Positions 1-9,669 of a stretch of 64,000 nucleotides of DNA are shown here, in pieces. The DNA comes from Candidatus Babelota bacterium (lineage in GTDB: Bacteria; Babelota; Babeliae; Babelales; Vermiphilaceae), in the NCBI GenBank assembly GCA_042576225.1, contig JBHPCA010000002.1, positions 529 to 64,528 of the forward strand, in the 5' to 3' direction. The position numbers were made by a program, and so were the translations under genes. The notes beneath the pieces were generated by a model, which had not been told where the DNA came from, searched no databases, and worked only from the letters and a program-made list of their open reading frames with translations. The first letter of the stretch is position 1. Each line of letters starts with the position of its first letter.

Positions 1-63
1 CTTGAGGATACAACCTCGCATTATGGTAAAATAATTAATCTTCTTAAAACATTAGAGCAATAA
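1..63 (+). CDS. 3' end of an unidentified CDS cut by the window edge
   Basis: Frame 1 is open from base 1 (LEDTTSHYGKIINLLKTLEQ) to TAA at 61-63. Too short to name. Confidence 0.25.
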   Translation, partial: LEDTTSHYGKIINLLKTLEQ

Positions 64-84
64 AAATTTAAAAAAATAATATTG

Positions 85-170
85 CATCCCTCGTTACATC
101 CTTCGATAACCATCCTTCGACAAGGCTCCGGAGGGTACTCAGGATTGCTCGGGAACAACGGGAGGGTGTG
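85..170. repeat. GC-rich dispersed repeat element, copy A
   Basis: GC-rich patch in AT-rich DNA. It has three tandem catcc(c/t)tcg units, then ctccggagg, then ctcaggattgctcggga (138-154), which recurs as ctcaggatgctcggga at 63620-63635. Confidence 0.4.
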
Positions 171-207
171 TTTTATTCCTTATAGAAGAGCATCATTAAC
201 AACCATT

Positions 208-444
208 ATGGCTTCTATGAGTTCGGGCTCAACCCCAGTTGACCATGCATTTACACAAATGCCATACGCAGTTCCTGCGATTATAGGATGCATTATTGCG
301 TTTTTAATATCAGGTTTTTTGATCGGCTACTATTTTTGGGCAAGCAGCTTAGGATCTATTGCAATCAGTTTGCCTATAACCTTAGGGCTACTATTTTTGT
401 TCAACAAAATAAAAATCGCTAAACCAAAAAGCCCACAAGCCTAA
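208..444 (+). CDS. small hypothetical membrane protein
   Basis: Part of ORF 82..444. ATG at 208 (MASMSSGS) is preferred because codons 82-207 are encoded by the GC-rich repeat. Two hydrophobic segments: AVPAIIGCIIAFLISGFLIGYYFW and IAISLPITLGLLFLF. Confidence 0.35.
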   Translation: MASMSSGSTPVDHAFTQMPYAVPAIIGCIIAFLISGFLIGYYFWASSLGSIAISLPITLGLLFLFNKIKIAKPKSPQA

Positions 445-461
445 CCTGCATTGCGCACATC

Positions 462-500
462 AAAAAAGAGCAGCAACTTGTCAAATAGTCAAATTGCTGC
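462..500 (-). terminator. putative intrinsic terminator downstream of the pepP-like gene
   Basis: Stem gcagcaacttg (470-480) pairs with caaattgctgc (490-500) with one mismatch. On the minus strand it is followed by a T-run (plus-strand aaaaaa at 462-467). Confidence 0.4.
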
Positions 501-544
501 CTATTAAAAACACATTCAGGCTAGACGCTATAAGAAAAGACCGT

Positions 545-1897
545 TTAGGCCTGAACCTCTTGCTCCTCCCCAAAACCTTTTTTCATGAAAGTCTCGATCT
601 GATCTGCCTCTTTAGGAATCATCTCACTCAAACATATAGCCTTCTCTTTTGCTATCCAATAATTATCTTCTATTCTTATGCCTATTGATTCTTCTTGTAT
701 ATACAAACCCGGCTCTATCGTAATCACATCACCTTCCTGCAGAGGCGAGTTTGGCTTGCCAACATCATGAACATCAAGACCTAAAAAGTGGCCTATGCCA
801 TGGGTAAAGAACTTTCCATAGCCCCCTTTTGAATCCAGAAACTCACGAGCCAAACTGGTCAAACATTTGTCTTTATAATCTTCATTTTTTAGGTAATATC
901 CCGGCTTTGCGATTTCTTCGATATACTTTTGGGTCTCCAAAACTATATCGTAAAGCTCTTTCTGTCTTTTTGTAAACTTGCCTGAAATAGGATATGTTCT
1001 TGTGATATCCGAACAATAATTGCCAAATTTTGCGCCTGCATCAACAATAACAAGCTCACCATCTTCCAAATCATCATAATTATCTTGATAGTGTAAAATT
1101 GTTGCATTATGACCACTTGCTACAATTGTTGGATAGGCTGTTTTTGCACCCACACTATTAAAAGCATACTCAAGAGTAGCTTGAACATGACTCTCAGTTT
1201 CACCATTTTCCAATATGATCGCAGCAGATTCATGTGCCAATCCAGTTATTGCAATAGCTTCTGAGATTTTACCTATTTCAGAAATATCTTTTTTTCTTCT
1301 CATTATAGTAACTAAAGGCGACATATCTACAAAATTAGTATCACCTGTCTTAGACAAAAATTTAGGCAAAAAAGATTTTATCCTGTCTAAAACAAATCGC
1401 TGCTCAACATATTGAAACGCATTATTTGGACTCAAAACAAAAAATTTGCCCCCTGAATCAAGCACGGCTGAAATCTCACCCAAAACATTTTTATACGCTG
1501 ACTCATCAAAATAAGGATAAAGAACCGAACCTTTTATTTTATCACCTAACACACTAATAGTATCAAAATTAAAACACTGTGCATCTTTATCATTTGGCTC
1601 TATTGCGCTCCCGTTCCACTTCTTTCTTTCTTGTACACAATTAGGAACAAAAAGGCTCGATTTGCCATCCATGTCAATAATCATAGCCAGACCACTTTCT
1701 TCTAAACCTGAAAAATAATAGAATGTGCTCTCTTGCCTAAAAACAACATCCGGTTTTTCAAAAGAGGAAAAAAGAACCACACGACCATTTTTTACACCTG
1801 GATACTCTTTTTTTATCTCTAAAATTAATCGCTCTCTTCTTTCTTGATATACTGCATAACTTTCACCTACCAAACCCATTAAGTCGAAATCTAGCAT
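545..1897 (-). CDS. pepP: Xaa-Pro aminopeptidase, peptidase family M24B
   Basis: M24B metal-ligand motifs: VIVDAGAKFGNYCSDITRT, HGIGHFLGLDVHD, GDVITIEPGLY, GIRIEDN. ATG at 1897 (MLDFDL) is preceded by GGGGAGA; the track ORF extends to TTG at 1909. Confidence 0.8.
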   Translation of the reverse strand: MLDFDLMGLVGESYAVYQERRERLILEIKKEYPGVKNGRVVLFSSFEKPDVVFRQESTFYYFSGLEESGLAMIIDMDGKSSLFVPNCVQERKKWNGSAIEPNDKDAQCFNFDTISVLGDKIKGSVLYPYFDESAYKNVLGEISAVLDSGGKFFVLSPNNAFQYVEQRFVLDRIKSFLPKFLSKTGDTNFVDMSPLVTIMRRKKDISEIGKISEAIAITGLAHESAAIILENGETESHVQATLEYAFNSVGAKTAYPTIVASGHNATILHYQDNYDDLEDGELVIVDAGAKFGNYCSDITRTYPISGKFTKRQKELYDIVLETQKYIEEIAKPGYYLKNEDYKDKCLTSLAREFLDSKGGYGKFFTHGIGHFLGLDVHDVGKPNSPLQEGDVITIEPGLYIQEESIGIRIEDNYWIAKEKAICLSEMIPKEADQIETFMKKGFGEEQEVQA

Positions 1898-1952
1898 TGT
1901 TCTCCCCAAAATTATGTACTATGTTACAAATTATTTATATTAAAAAACAGTA

Positions 1953-2552
1953 TTAAAAGGGCCTTCTTTCTGAAATAGCCTTAAAAACAGTCAGCCTATC
2001 CATAAACTCCAATGACGAACCAATCGGTATCCCCCTTGCCAAACATGACAATTTTATGTCTTTAGTCTGCAATTTTTTGGAAATATAGGCAGCTGTTACC
2101 TCCCCTTCTGGCGTCTGATTAGTCGCCAAAATTATCTCTCTAACCCCTAAGTCAACTCTACGGGTAAGATGGTCTATGGTCAAATCCTCAGGACCAATGC
2201 CCTCAAGCGGACAAATAACCCCGCAAAGCACATGGTACACACCCGTATAGCCACCCGTTCTTTCTATAGTAAGTAATTCCTGCCACGTTTCAACTACACA
2301 AATAAGAGACTGGTCCCTTTTTGCATCCGAGCAAAAAATACAATGTTGCCCACGCTCTTGCCATGAGAAGCATTTACTGCAACGCAATACATTTTTTTTG
2401 CTCGCAAGTAAAATCTCACAAAATTTCTCAAGCTGACTGTCATCCATATCTAAAAAATGTGTCGCCACACGATTTAAATTCTTTGAGGCCAAGTAAGGCA
2501 CCTGCTGTAAACATCGCAAAAGTTTATTGAGTGAAGCAATTTTCTCTACCAT
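1953..2552 (-). CDS. recR: recombination protein RecR
   Basis: C4 zinc finger CSKCFSWQERGQHCIFCSD, followed by a Toprim-like region (ICVVETWQELLTIERTG, EIILATNQTPEGEVTAAY). Confidence 0.9.
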   Translation of the reverse strand: MVEKIASLNKLLRCLQQVPYLASKNLNRVATHFLDMDDSQLEKFCEILLASKKNVLRCSKCFSWQERGQHCIFCSDAKRDQSLICVVETWQELLTIERTGGYTGVYHVLCGVICPLEGIGPEDLTIDHLTRRVDLGVREIILATNQTPEGEVTAAYISKKLQTKDIKLSCLARGIPIGSSLEFMDRLTVFKAISERRPF

Positions 2553-2587
2553 AATACCTAAAAAGATTTAAAAATACTTACGTACAT

Positions 2588-4141
2588 TTATGCACTTTTG
2601 AATTTTTTAATCAAGAATGTCTGCAAGACACCCAATCCAACACTTGCAACTATATACAGAGAAAGTCCCGCTGGGAATGTTGCAAATAAAGGCCCTATAA
2701 CCAATGCCATAGCAATCATCATAAATCGTTGCTTTGGATCAACGGTAAATGCCTGTGCCAACATTGCAAGTGACATCAAAGCCGGTAATACGTAATATGG
2801 ATCCTTTGCAGATAAATCTGTTATCCAAAATGCAAATGGCGCCCTGTACATCTCTATAGAACTTCTTAGCAAGTTAGACAAGGCTATAAAAATTGGTATC
2901 TGTATCAACAATGGCAAACAACCACCTAATCCCGGCATGCCATGTCTTTTAATCAACTCAGCCTGCTCTCTTGCAAAAGCCGCCTTGTCGTTTTTATGTT
3001 TTTTCTTAAGATACTCAAGTTTCTTTTGAAACTCCATTCTTTGCTTCATTCCCTTTTCGGCTTTTATCGAAAATGGCAACATCAATAGTCGAATCATCAA
3101 TGTAAGCACAATTATAGCTAAACCATAATTTTTTAGATATTTGTTTAAAAACTTTAAAATCTTTAAAAGGATCTTAGAAATTACAGAAAACCAGCCCGAA
3201 TATTCCAAAGTTTTTTCCAACCTTGGATCAACCATAGCCATAGCGTCTTCTTCTTTTGGCCCAAAATAAAAAGAAACAGTATAAACCTGTTTTTCATTTA
3301 CTGTTGGACCTTCTAAAATAGAAAACAACTTTGTGCCATCTGTAATCTTGTAATAAGCACGCTGCGCATACCCCTGAGGATCCTCGATCATTGCATGCAC
3401 AAAATATTTACTATCAGAACCAAACAACTTTGGCAAATAACTCCCTGTACCGAGAATTTTTTCACTACTCTTAATATTCGTTTTTTGAAATTTTCCTAAT
3501 TTATTAATAATAACAGCAGATATAACATCATTCTTCCCAAGCTCCGGCATAAACGGCGAAGGGTAAAATACCCTTGTCTCCAAGCCTTCTTCAACTTTTT
3601 TCTTAGGCGTCACTGCAAACATCAGATCCATTTTATACGTCTTTTTGTATACAATGAACGTTTTATCCACACTATAATCACTATTAGGCGACTCGTATCT
3701 GTAAAGCACCTGGACCGAATCAGACTTATCTGTTTTACTTATAAACTTATAGTAATAGGGAGTTTTTTCGCTAAACGCAAGCAACAAGCACGTATCGTCT
3801 CTTTGCATATCTGAAACAGGAAAAACTGTACCTAGACCTGCAAGCTTGCCATTTGTCTTACCTTTATACGAAAGCCTATCTAAAGACGCTCCATCACTAG
3901 AGAAAACATAAGTAGCCAAATCCGTCTCAACTTCAGTCAAGACCCTCTCCTGCAGCCTTTTTTCATCTATAAAATCTATCTCTCTGTTTAAAAGCTTTAT
4001 CTCTTGTTTGGACTTGGGCGCAACAAAACCTACAGGACTATCCTGTACTTTTGTGCCCTTACCGCCAAAAAACCAATTCTGTATCAAATAGGTAGCAAGT
4101 AAACCGAGTGCGATTGGGAATACCAGATCTTTTAACTTCAT
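2588..4141 (-). CDS. yidC: membrane protein insertase YidC
   Basis: 517 aa with an N-terminal anchor, a large periplasmic domain and a C-terminal 60-kDa insertase core (YGLAIIVLTLMIRLLMLPFSIK, MPGLGGCLPLLIQIPIFIAL). Confidence 0.9.
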   Translation of the reverse strand: MKLKDLVFPIALGLLATYLIQNWFFGGKGTKVQDSPVGFVAPKSKQEIKLLNREIDFIDEKRLQERVLTEVETDLATYVFSSDGASLDRLSYKGKTNGKLAGLGTVFPVSDMQRDDTCLLLAFSEKTPYYYKFISKTDKSDSVQVLYRYESPNSDYSVDKTFIVYKKTYKMDLMFAVTPKKKVEEGLETRVFYPSPFMPELGKNDVISAVIINKLGKFQKTNIKSSEKILGTGSYLPKLFGSDSKYFVHAMIEDPQGYAQRAYYKITDGTKLFSILEGPTVNEKQVYTVSFYFGPKEEDAMAMVDPRLEKTLEYSGWFSVISKILLKILKFLNKYLKNYGLAIIVLTLMIRLLMLPFSIKAEKGMKQRMEFQKKLEYLKKKHKNDKAAFAREQAELIKRHGMPGLGGCLPLLIQIPIFIALSNLLRSSIEMYRAPFAFWITDLSAKDPYYVLPALMSLAMLAQAFTVDPKQRFMMIAMALVIGPLFATFPAGLSLYIVASVGLGVLQTFLIKKFKSA

Positions 4142-4360
4142 TTTATCCTCTAAAAGAATTATATTTTTTTACAATACACCTTCAAAAACACAAAGGGCAA
4201 ATTATTCCAAAAATTAGCCCCTAATAACTAAACAAATCCTTGAAAAGAATACCAAATAAAACGGTATAATACCAGTACAAAATACAAGTTTATTTTACAT
4301 ATACACACGATTGGGCTATATAATTAATTAAGGGCTTTAGTAATAAAAAGAGGAAGAGTT

Positions 4361-4741
4361 ATGAAAATGCAAAAAAGACGATTTAGAATAGGAGACCTTT
4401 CAAAAAGGCTAAATGTAGATAAGTTTGTTATCCGCTTCTGGGAAAAAGAATTCTCATTACATTCTGACAGATCTGAAGGCGGTCAAAGATTTTATGAAGA
4501 AAAAGATTTTGAAACATTTAAAGAAATTAAAAATCTTTTATATGAAAAAAAATTTACAATAGCAGGCGCTAAAAAACAAATCCAAAATAGTTACGAAAAC
4601 ACAAAAATTATTGCTTCTCAAAAAATTAATCTCGCTAATACGGAGGAAATAAAAAAGACAAAAAAACTAGACACAAATATAATAAAAAAAATTATACATC
4701 TCAAAAAAAACCTAACAAAGCTTAAAAAACTTCTCCAATAA
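4361..4741 (+). CDS. MerR-family transcriptional regulator
   Basis: N-terminal MerR-type HTH (RFRIGDLSKRLNVDKFVIRFWEKEF ... GGQRFYEEKDF) with a Lys-rich coiled C-terminus. Confidence 0.7.
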   Translation: MKMQKRRFRIGDLSKRLNVDKFVIRFWEKEFSLHSDRSEGGQRFYEEKDFETFKEIKNLLYEKKFTIAGAKKQIQNSYENTKIIASQKINLANTEEIKKTKKLDTNIIKKIIHLKKNLTKLKKLLQ

Positions 4742-4855
4742 CACTTGCACAAACTCAAAACAAACCAAACTTGATATTTTCTACCCCTCTTGTACTATCT
4801 AGTTTATACTACTTTATTTATATAATTTTTTTGTTTTAAAATTATCAGGATTACT

Positions 4856-6253
4856 ATGTACAAAAAAAAGGCACACGTACACTTTGTGGGTATCGGTGGA
4901 ATTGGCATGAGTGGCATTGCCATGATTCTCAAATGCCAAGGGTATAAAATATCTGGATGTGATGTGGACATACACCAAAAAAGCATAAAAGACTTAAAAG
5001 CTCTAGGTTGTGAAATTTACGAAGGCAATAATACTCCTCAATGCAAAAACAAAGATATCAACATTCTTGTATACTCATCTGCCATAAAACATAACAACCC
5101 TGAGATAGTAGCTGCTCAAGCACGCGGCATACCCATTATACCCAGAGCACTCATGCTGGCAGAACTCATGCGCACCAAATACAGTGTCGCAATAGCCGGC
5201 TCCCATGGCAAGACAACGACCACTTCACTAATTTCTCACATTTTAATAGAATCCGGCATAGACCCAACAGTTATAATCGGCGGACATTTGAAAAATATAT
5301 CAACAAATGCCCGATTAGGAAGTAGCGATTTTCTGGTCGCTGAAGCTGATGAAAGTGATAAATCATTAGTGCACTTGCAAGCAACTCTTGCTGTTTTGAC
5401 CAATATAGATTTAGAACATTTAGAAACATACAAAAATCTAGAAGACATAAAATCAACGTTTAAAATATTTTTAAACAATTTGCCGTTTTATGGCAAAGCA
5501 TTTTTATGCACTGATGATGAAAACGTCAGATCTATTTTGCCAATGCCCCATATAAAAATAATTACATACGGACTTGACCCTCAACATGCTGATATTTGCG
5601 CCCAAGAAATAAAATTAAACCCTGATAACTCTGTGTTTAAAATCTTCAGAAAAAACACTCCAAACCCTCTTGGTAAAATAATATTAAAAATGCCTGGCAA
5701 ACATAACACACAAAACTGTGTAGCAGCAATAGCTGTCGCTTTAGACCTTGGTATAAAATTTGATTTGATTGCCAAAGCTGTAGAAAGCTTTAAAGGCATC
5801 GAACGTAGGTTCTGCTACCGAGGAACCTACAAAGGCGCCGAGATATTTGACGATTATGGCCATCACCCAAAAGAGATACAAAACACACTGGAAATAGCAA
5901 AAAATAGGGCAAAAAACAGGCTCCTAGTAGCGTTTCAGCCCCACCGATATACCAGAACCCATAAATTATGGGATAACTTTGTAGATACGTTTGCGCAAAG
6001 CAATATAGACCGGCTAATCATAACAGATATTTACCCTGCAAGCGAAGCTCCTATTGAGCATGTAACCAGTGAGCGACTGGTACACGAAATACGCGAGAAA
6101 AACCCCAATTTTCCCGTTATGTACGCGCCTTATGACGATGATTTGAGCTACATAACGCAAAACATAGAAAAAAACGCCCAAAAAGACGATCTGATACTAT
6201 CTTTGGGAGCAGGAAAGATTACAGATCTGGCAAAAAAACTGGGTGCCATATAA
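4856..6253 (+). CDS. murC: UDP-N-acetylmuramate--L-alanine ligase
   Basis: HFVGIGGIGMSGIA N-terminus, Mur ligase P-loop IAGSHGKTTTTS, and DDYGHHP near the C-terminal domain. Confidence 0.92.
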   Translation: MYKKKAHVHFVGIGGIGMSGIAMILKCQGYKISGCDVDIHQKSIKDLKALGCEIYEGNNTPQCKNKDINILVYSSAIKHNNPEIVAAQARGIPIIPRALMLAELMRTKYSVAIAGSHGKTTTTSLISHILIESGIDPTVIIGGHLKNISTNARLGSSDFLVAEADESDKSLVHLQATLAVLTNIDLEHLETYKNLEDIKSTFKIFLNNLPFYGKAFLCTDDENVRSILPMPHIKIITYGLDPQHADICAQEIKLNPDNSVFKIFRKNTPNPLGKIILKMPGKHNTQNCVAAIAVALDLGIKFDLIAKAVESFKGIERRFCYRGTYKGAEIFDDYGHHPKEIQNTLEIAKNRAKNRLLVAFQPHRYTRTHKLWDNFVDTFAQSNIDRLIITDIYPASEAPIEHVTSERLVHEIREKNPNFPVMYAPYDDDLSYITQNIEKNAQKDDLILSLGAGKITDLAKKLGAI

Positions 6254-6317
6254 ATACAAAACAAAAAAACATAGAGTTACAAAGCGATCTTAAAAAAGCG
6301 AAAAAGAACTTGCGTAA

Positions 6318-7037
6318 CTAAGTTTGGGTATAAATAACGATTTTACAATGCTCTTGCGTCTGCCCAGATGAGGCGAAGGAGCCTCTTTTTTTCAGTTTTT
6401 TTCTTGTGTTTTTTGAGGAATGCAAGCCTGTTTTTGGCACACTTCTTATGGAAATAGAACAAAATCGGAAAGGCTTTTTAAAGATCAATAATTTTTCAAA
6501 CCCATCAAAGCTAGCAACACTTTGCCAGCCCAAGCGCTCCATTTCTTGAGTGTAAAACATGATAATATTGGACATATTCATAGCGTTGGTATACCCAAGC
6601 ACTGTTTGCGCTGTTTGCGCTGCTTGCACTATTCTGTTATTTTCTTGCGCGAGAAGAGTATAAAAATATTCTCTGAGAGGCTCTGAATTGAGGGGGATAG
6701 GAATATCAGATAATTTCGCCTCTTTTTGACGCACAAATTCACTAAAATCTTGAGAAAAATTATGCGAGCTTTGATCTAAACGTTGATTCACATCTGGGGA
6801 ATTAATAGTACTGTTTTTGTTACGATTATTGGCAAACTGCTTTGCCTGACGTTCTGACACAGGAGAGAAAACATCTTTATTCTCCCCTGCGTTATTTTCA
6901 ATATCTTGGTAATCATGTAGGTTACACTGGGAATTAACCTGATTTTTTACTTGAGGTTTATCTCGAATAATCTGCTTTTTACAAGAGCTAATCACAAGTA
7001 TTAAGACAAGAGAAGCCATATGTATAGCCTTGAGCAC
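6318..7037 (-). CDS. hypothetical lipoprotein
   Basis: Signal peptide with a lipobox-like VISSC (MASLVLILVISSCKK). No recognisable domain; Asn/Gln-rich linker. Confidence 0.5.
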   Translation of the reverse strand: MLKAIHMASLVLILVISSCKKQIIRDKPQVKNQVNSQCNLHDYQDIENNAGENKDVFSPVSERQAKQFANNRNKNSTINSPDVNQRLDQSSHNFSQDFSEFVRQKEAKLSDIPIPLNSEPLREYFYTLLAQENNRIVQAAQTAQTVLGYTNAMNMSNIIMFYTQEMERLGWQSVASFDGFEKLLIFKKPFRFCSISIRSVPKTGLHSSKNTRKKLKKRGSFASSGQTQEHCKIVIYTQT

Positions 7038-7062
7038 TACAACCCTCTCAAAACTTAAATTT

Positions 7063-7560
7063 TTATTTTTTTTCTGGCGCTTTTTCTTGCTCTACAGTTT
7101 CTTCAGCAGGATCTTTTGCTGCAACTGGCTTGGCCGGTTTAGCAGAGGCAAGACTTTTAGCCTTTTTCTTTTGAGCTCTAAGCTCTTTTTGCTCTCTTGT
7201 AAGAACTTTTTCTGCGATACGAGCAGCTTTACCAATTCTTTCTCTGATGTAGTAGAGTTTAGCGCGGCGTTTCTTACCACTTCGAATAAATTTTATAGAG
7301 TCGATTAAAGGTGAATAAAAAGGCAACACTCTTTCCACAGGAACAGCATTAGCTCCTATTTTTCTTATGGTAAAAGAACTTGAAGCTCCATTTTTATTCA
7401 TTGCTATAACGTCACCTTCAAAAACCTGTATACGTTCTTTTCCACCTTCTTTAACCCGTAATGAAACAGCTATAAAATCACCGACGTTAAAATCAGGAAA
7501 GTCTCTATCATACATCCCAATTTCTTTTATTGTTTCACGTGTATATTTACTTGCCTTCAT
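7063..7560 (-). CDS. rplS: 50S ribosomal protein L19 with Lys/Ala/Glu-rich C-terminal extension
   Basis: L19 core FNVGDFIAVSLRVKEGGKERIQVFEGDVIA...FTIRKI...VERVLPFYSPLIDSI...RRAKLYYIR, plus about 45 extra C-terminal residues. Confidence 0.92.
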   Translation of the reverse strand: MKASKYTRETIKEIGMYDRDFPDFNVGDFIAVSLRVKEGGKERIQVFEGDVIAMNKNGASSSFTIRKIGANAVPVERVLPFYSPLIDSIKFIRSGKKRRAKLYYIRERIGKAARIAEKVLTREQKELRAQKKKAKSLASAKPAKPVAAKDPAEETVEQEKAPEKK

Positions 7561-7700
7561 CTTTATTAACCCTTAAAAAAATTTAAAATTCTGGAACTAT
7601 TTTAAAGCAAATTAAAACAAAATAGTAACCTCAATTTACCTATTCACTCCTACCAGTATAAGGCAAAAAGGGCAAAGACGCAATCTCTATTTTGCCTTTT

Positions 7701-9011
7701 TCACATCTTTTTCACGTTTAAACCAAGCCATCGATCAAAAACAATCGCAGCCGCAGACCGTACAGACAAATGATTATAATCACAAAAACCCTCTACAGGC
7801 ACTAAAACGAAGTCTGCCAAATCTACAATATCATCACTCAATCCCTGCCCAGTACCAAATAAAAGTAACACTGGACGCCCCAATTGCCATACTTTCTCCT
7901 GGTCATGGAACGTTATAATATTTTTTTTGTCATATTTTTTTGCCGAAGTAGCGATTATCAGAGGTTTTTTGCCTTCCTGTTTTTCGATATGGGCTATAAC
8001 ACTTTCTAAGCTGCTTTTTAACTCTACCTGTTTTACAGACTCAAACCTACTCTTGTTATACTTGATTCCTACGCCCTTTTGCCAAAAATCCAACATTGTT
8101 TGTACAATCTTTTGTTGGTCAACTAGTGGTGTAACAATAAAATAATTTTTCAAACCAAAACTTTTACTAGATCGCGCTATATCGTGTATATCAATCGTTG
8201 TTACAGAAGTCGTCCCTACCTGTTTATCATCAGGCTTTCTCACAAGCACTTCATAATGCATCAACGCAGCATAATGTGCAGGAATATACGACTTTGCAAC
8301 ATCTTTTTGCTCAGTATCCATAGGCTGCGTACGCATCCAGTTAAAATGCTCGAGTACCGTTTGTTTAGCAGATTGAGCAAGTCTCCATTTGCGTATCTCT
8401 TCATGATTCCCTGATCTTAAAATATCTGGCACTTTGTACCCCTGCCACTCAACAGGCTCCCCATAAGAGGGATAATCAACAAATGGACCTGAAAAAGATT
8501 CTTCCTGAACAGACTCTTGCTTACCCACTACTGACGGTATTAACCTTAAAAAACCTTCCATAAACACCATTGCCGGGAGATCTCCGCCCATAAGCACGAA
8601 ATCCCCTATCGAAACAACCGCATCGGCATAACACTCAAGAACCCGTACATCCATACCCTCATATCGAGCAGGAAGCAACATCAAATGCTGCTTTTTTTGA
8701 GCCAAATTTGCAATATCACGCAAAGAATCTTGATCCAACTTCTTTCCCTTGGGAGAAAAAAATACTTTAAACGCTGGACCAAATTTTTGCTCTTTTGCCT
8801 CAATTGCCTTCTGGACAACTTCGGCTTTTATTACCATTCCGGCCCCTGGACCAAAGGTAGGCGCATCTATACGCTCTTTTGGAGCAACAAATGACCTGAA
8901 GCTATCCAGGTTATATTTGACGAGCCCATTCTCTTTAGCTCGTCTAACCAGACTGGTTTCTAAAAAATTTTTATATATTTCTGGAAACACAGAAAGAATT
9001 GAAATTTTCAT
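7701..9011 (-). CDS. trmD: tRNA (guanine37-N1)-methyltransferase TrmD fused to a second SPOUT-type RNA methyltransferase-like domain
   Basis: Residues 1-240 are TrmD (ILSVFPEIY, FGPGAGMVIK, ARYEGMDVRV, GDFVLMGGDLPAMV, RSGNHEEIRKWR). Residues 241-436 resemble the TM1570/Methyltrn_RNA_4 family (IDIHDIARSSKSFGL, LLLFGTGQGL, YNHLSVRSAAAIVFDRWLG). Confidence 0.85.
   Translation of the reverse strand: MKISILSVFPEIYKNFLETSLVRRAKENGLVKYNLDSFRSFVAPKERIDAPTFGPGAGMVIKAEVVQKAIEAKEQKFGPAFKVFFSPKGKKLDQDSLRDIANLAQKKQHLMLLPARYEGMDVRVLECYADAVVSIGDFVLMGGDLPAMVFMEGFLRLIPSVVGKQESVQEESFSGPFVDYPSYGEPVEWQGYKVPDILRSGNHEEIRKWRLAQSAKQTVLEHFNWMRTQPMDTEQKDVAKSYIPAHYAALMHYEVLVRKPDDKQVGTTSVTTIDIHDIARSSKSFGLKNYFIVTPLVDQQKIVQTMLDFWQKGVGIKYNKSRFESVKQVELKSSLESVIAHIEKQEGKKPLIIATSAKKYDKKNIITFHDQEKVWQLGRPVLLLFGTGQGLSDDIVDLADFVLVPVEGFCDYNHLSVRSAAAIVFDRWLGLNVKKM
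7704..8291 (-). other. C-terminal SPOUT-like (Methyltrn_RNA_4-like) domain of the TrmD fusion
   Basis: Domain boundary estimated from the end of the TrmD homology (about residue 240). Confidence 0.55.
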
Positions 9012-9247
9012 TATTTTGCTACATCTACGTATATGTTACGCTCTTTAGAAACAAGGCCAGCAATACTCCGAATAGACTTGATAGTCCTTCCATTTTTGCC
9101 TATAACTCTCCCCAAATCACCTTGATCAACATGGATCTCAAATAGAATTCTAGCATTATCCTTTTTCTCTGTAATAAGTACTTGGTCAGGGTTTTGCACC
9201 AAAGCCTTTACCATGTACTCTACAATTTTTTTAATATCCATAGGCAT
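9011..9247 (-). CDS. KH-domain RNA-binding protein (YlqC/UPF0109 type)
   Basis: 78 aa with a GxxG KH motif (VIGKNGRTIKSIRSI). It sits between rpsP and trmD as in many bacteria. Its TAA overlaps the trmD ATG (TAATG). Confidence 0.8.
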   Translation of the reverse strand: MPMDIKKIVEYMVKALVQNPDQVLITEKKDNARILFEIHVDQGDLGRVIGKNGRTIKSIRSIAGLVSKERNIYVDVAK

Positions 9248-9258
9248 ATAAAAACCCT

Positions 9259-9612
9259 TTAGGCCTCAGGTTCAGTTTTAGTCTCTTTCTCAGGCTTAGT
9301 CTCTTTCTCAGACTTAGCTTCTGCCTTAGGCTTAGACTTTTTAAGCTTTGCTGGAACTTCTTCTGAAGCCAATTCTGGATTTTTGCTTAGCTTTATAAGT
9401 TTTTTTACTGTATCTGTAGGCTTAGCACCTTGAGAAATCCAATAATCTATTCTTTCTTGGTGCAACTTTACAATAACACCTGAAAGCGCATCATAAGTTC
9501 CCAAGTTCTCTAAACAAGCGCCATCTCTCTTTTTTCGAGAATCTACTGCTACAATTCTGTAGCAAGGAGCTTTCTTCTTGCCTATTCTGGATAAACGAAT
9601 CTTAACTGACAT
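9259..9612 (-). CDS. rpsP: 30S ribosomal protein S16 with Lys/Glu-rich C-terminal extension
   Basis: MSVKIRLSRIGKKKAPCYRIVAVDSRKKRDG...DYWISQGAKPTDTV, then a KPE-rich tail. Confidence 0.92.
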   Translation of the reverse strand: MSVKIRLSRIGKKKAPCYRIVAVDSRKKRDGACLENLGTYDALSGVIVKLHQERIDYWISQGAKPTDTVKKLIKLSKNPELASEEVPAKLKKSKPKAEAKSEKETKPEKETKTEPEA

Positions 9613-9669
9613 TATTTAAATCCTCTTCCCCCAAATTATTCTCAGGGTTGTTTAAAGTTAAAAAAATAT

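Noticed and set aside
82-207. N-terminal 42 codons of ORF 82..444 (MHPSLHPSITILRQGSGGYSGLLGNNGRV...).
   Set aside because: This part is encoded by the GC-rich dispersed repeat and starts at a non-ATG codon. The downstream ATG at 208 precedes the membrane-protein-like part.
7630-7700. Hairpin aaggcaaaa...ttttgcctt between trmD and rplS as a terminator or attenuator.
   Set aside because: The loop is 21 nt. On the transcribed minus strand only a shorter 6-bp stem (ggcaaa/tttgcc) precedes a T-run. This is too weak to call without folding energies.
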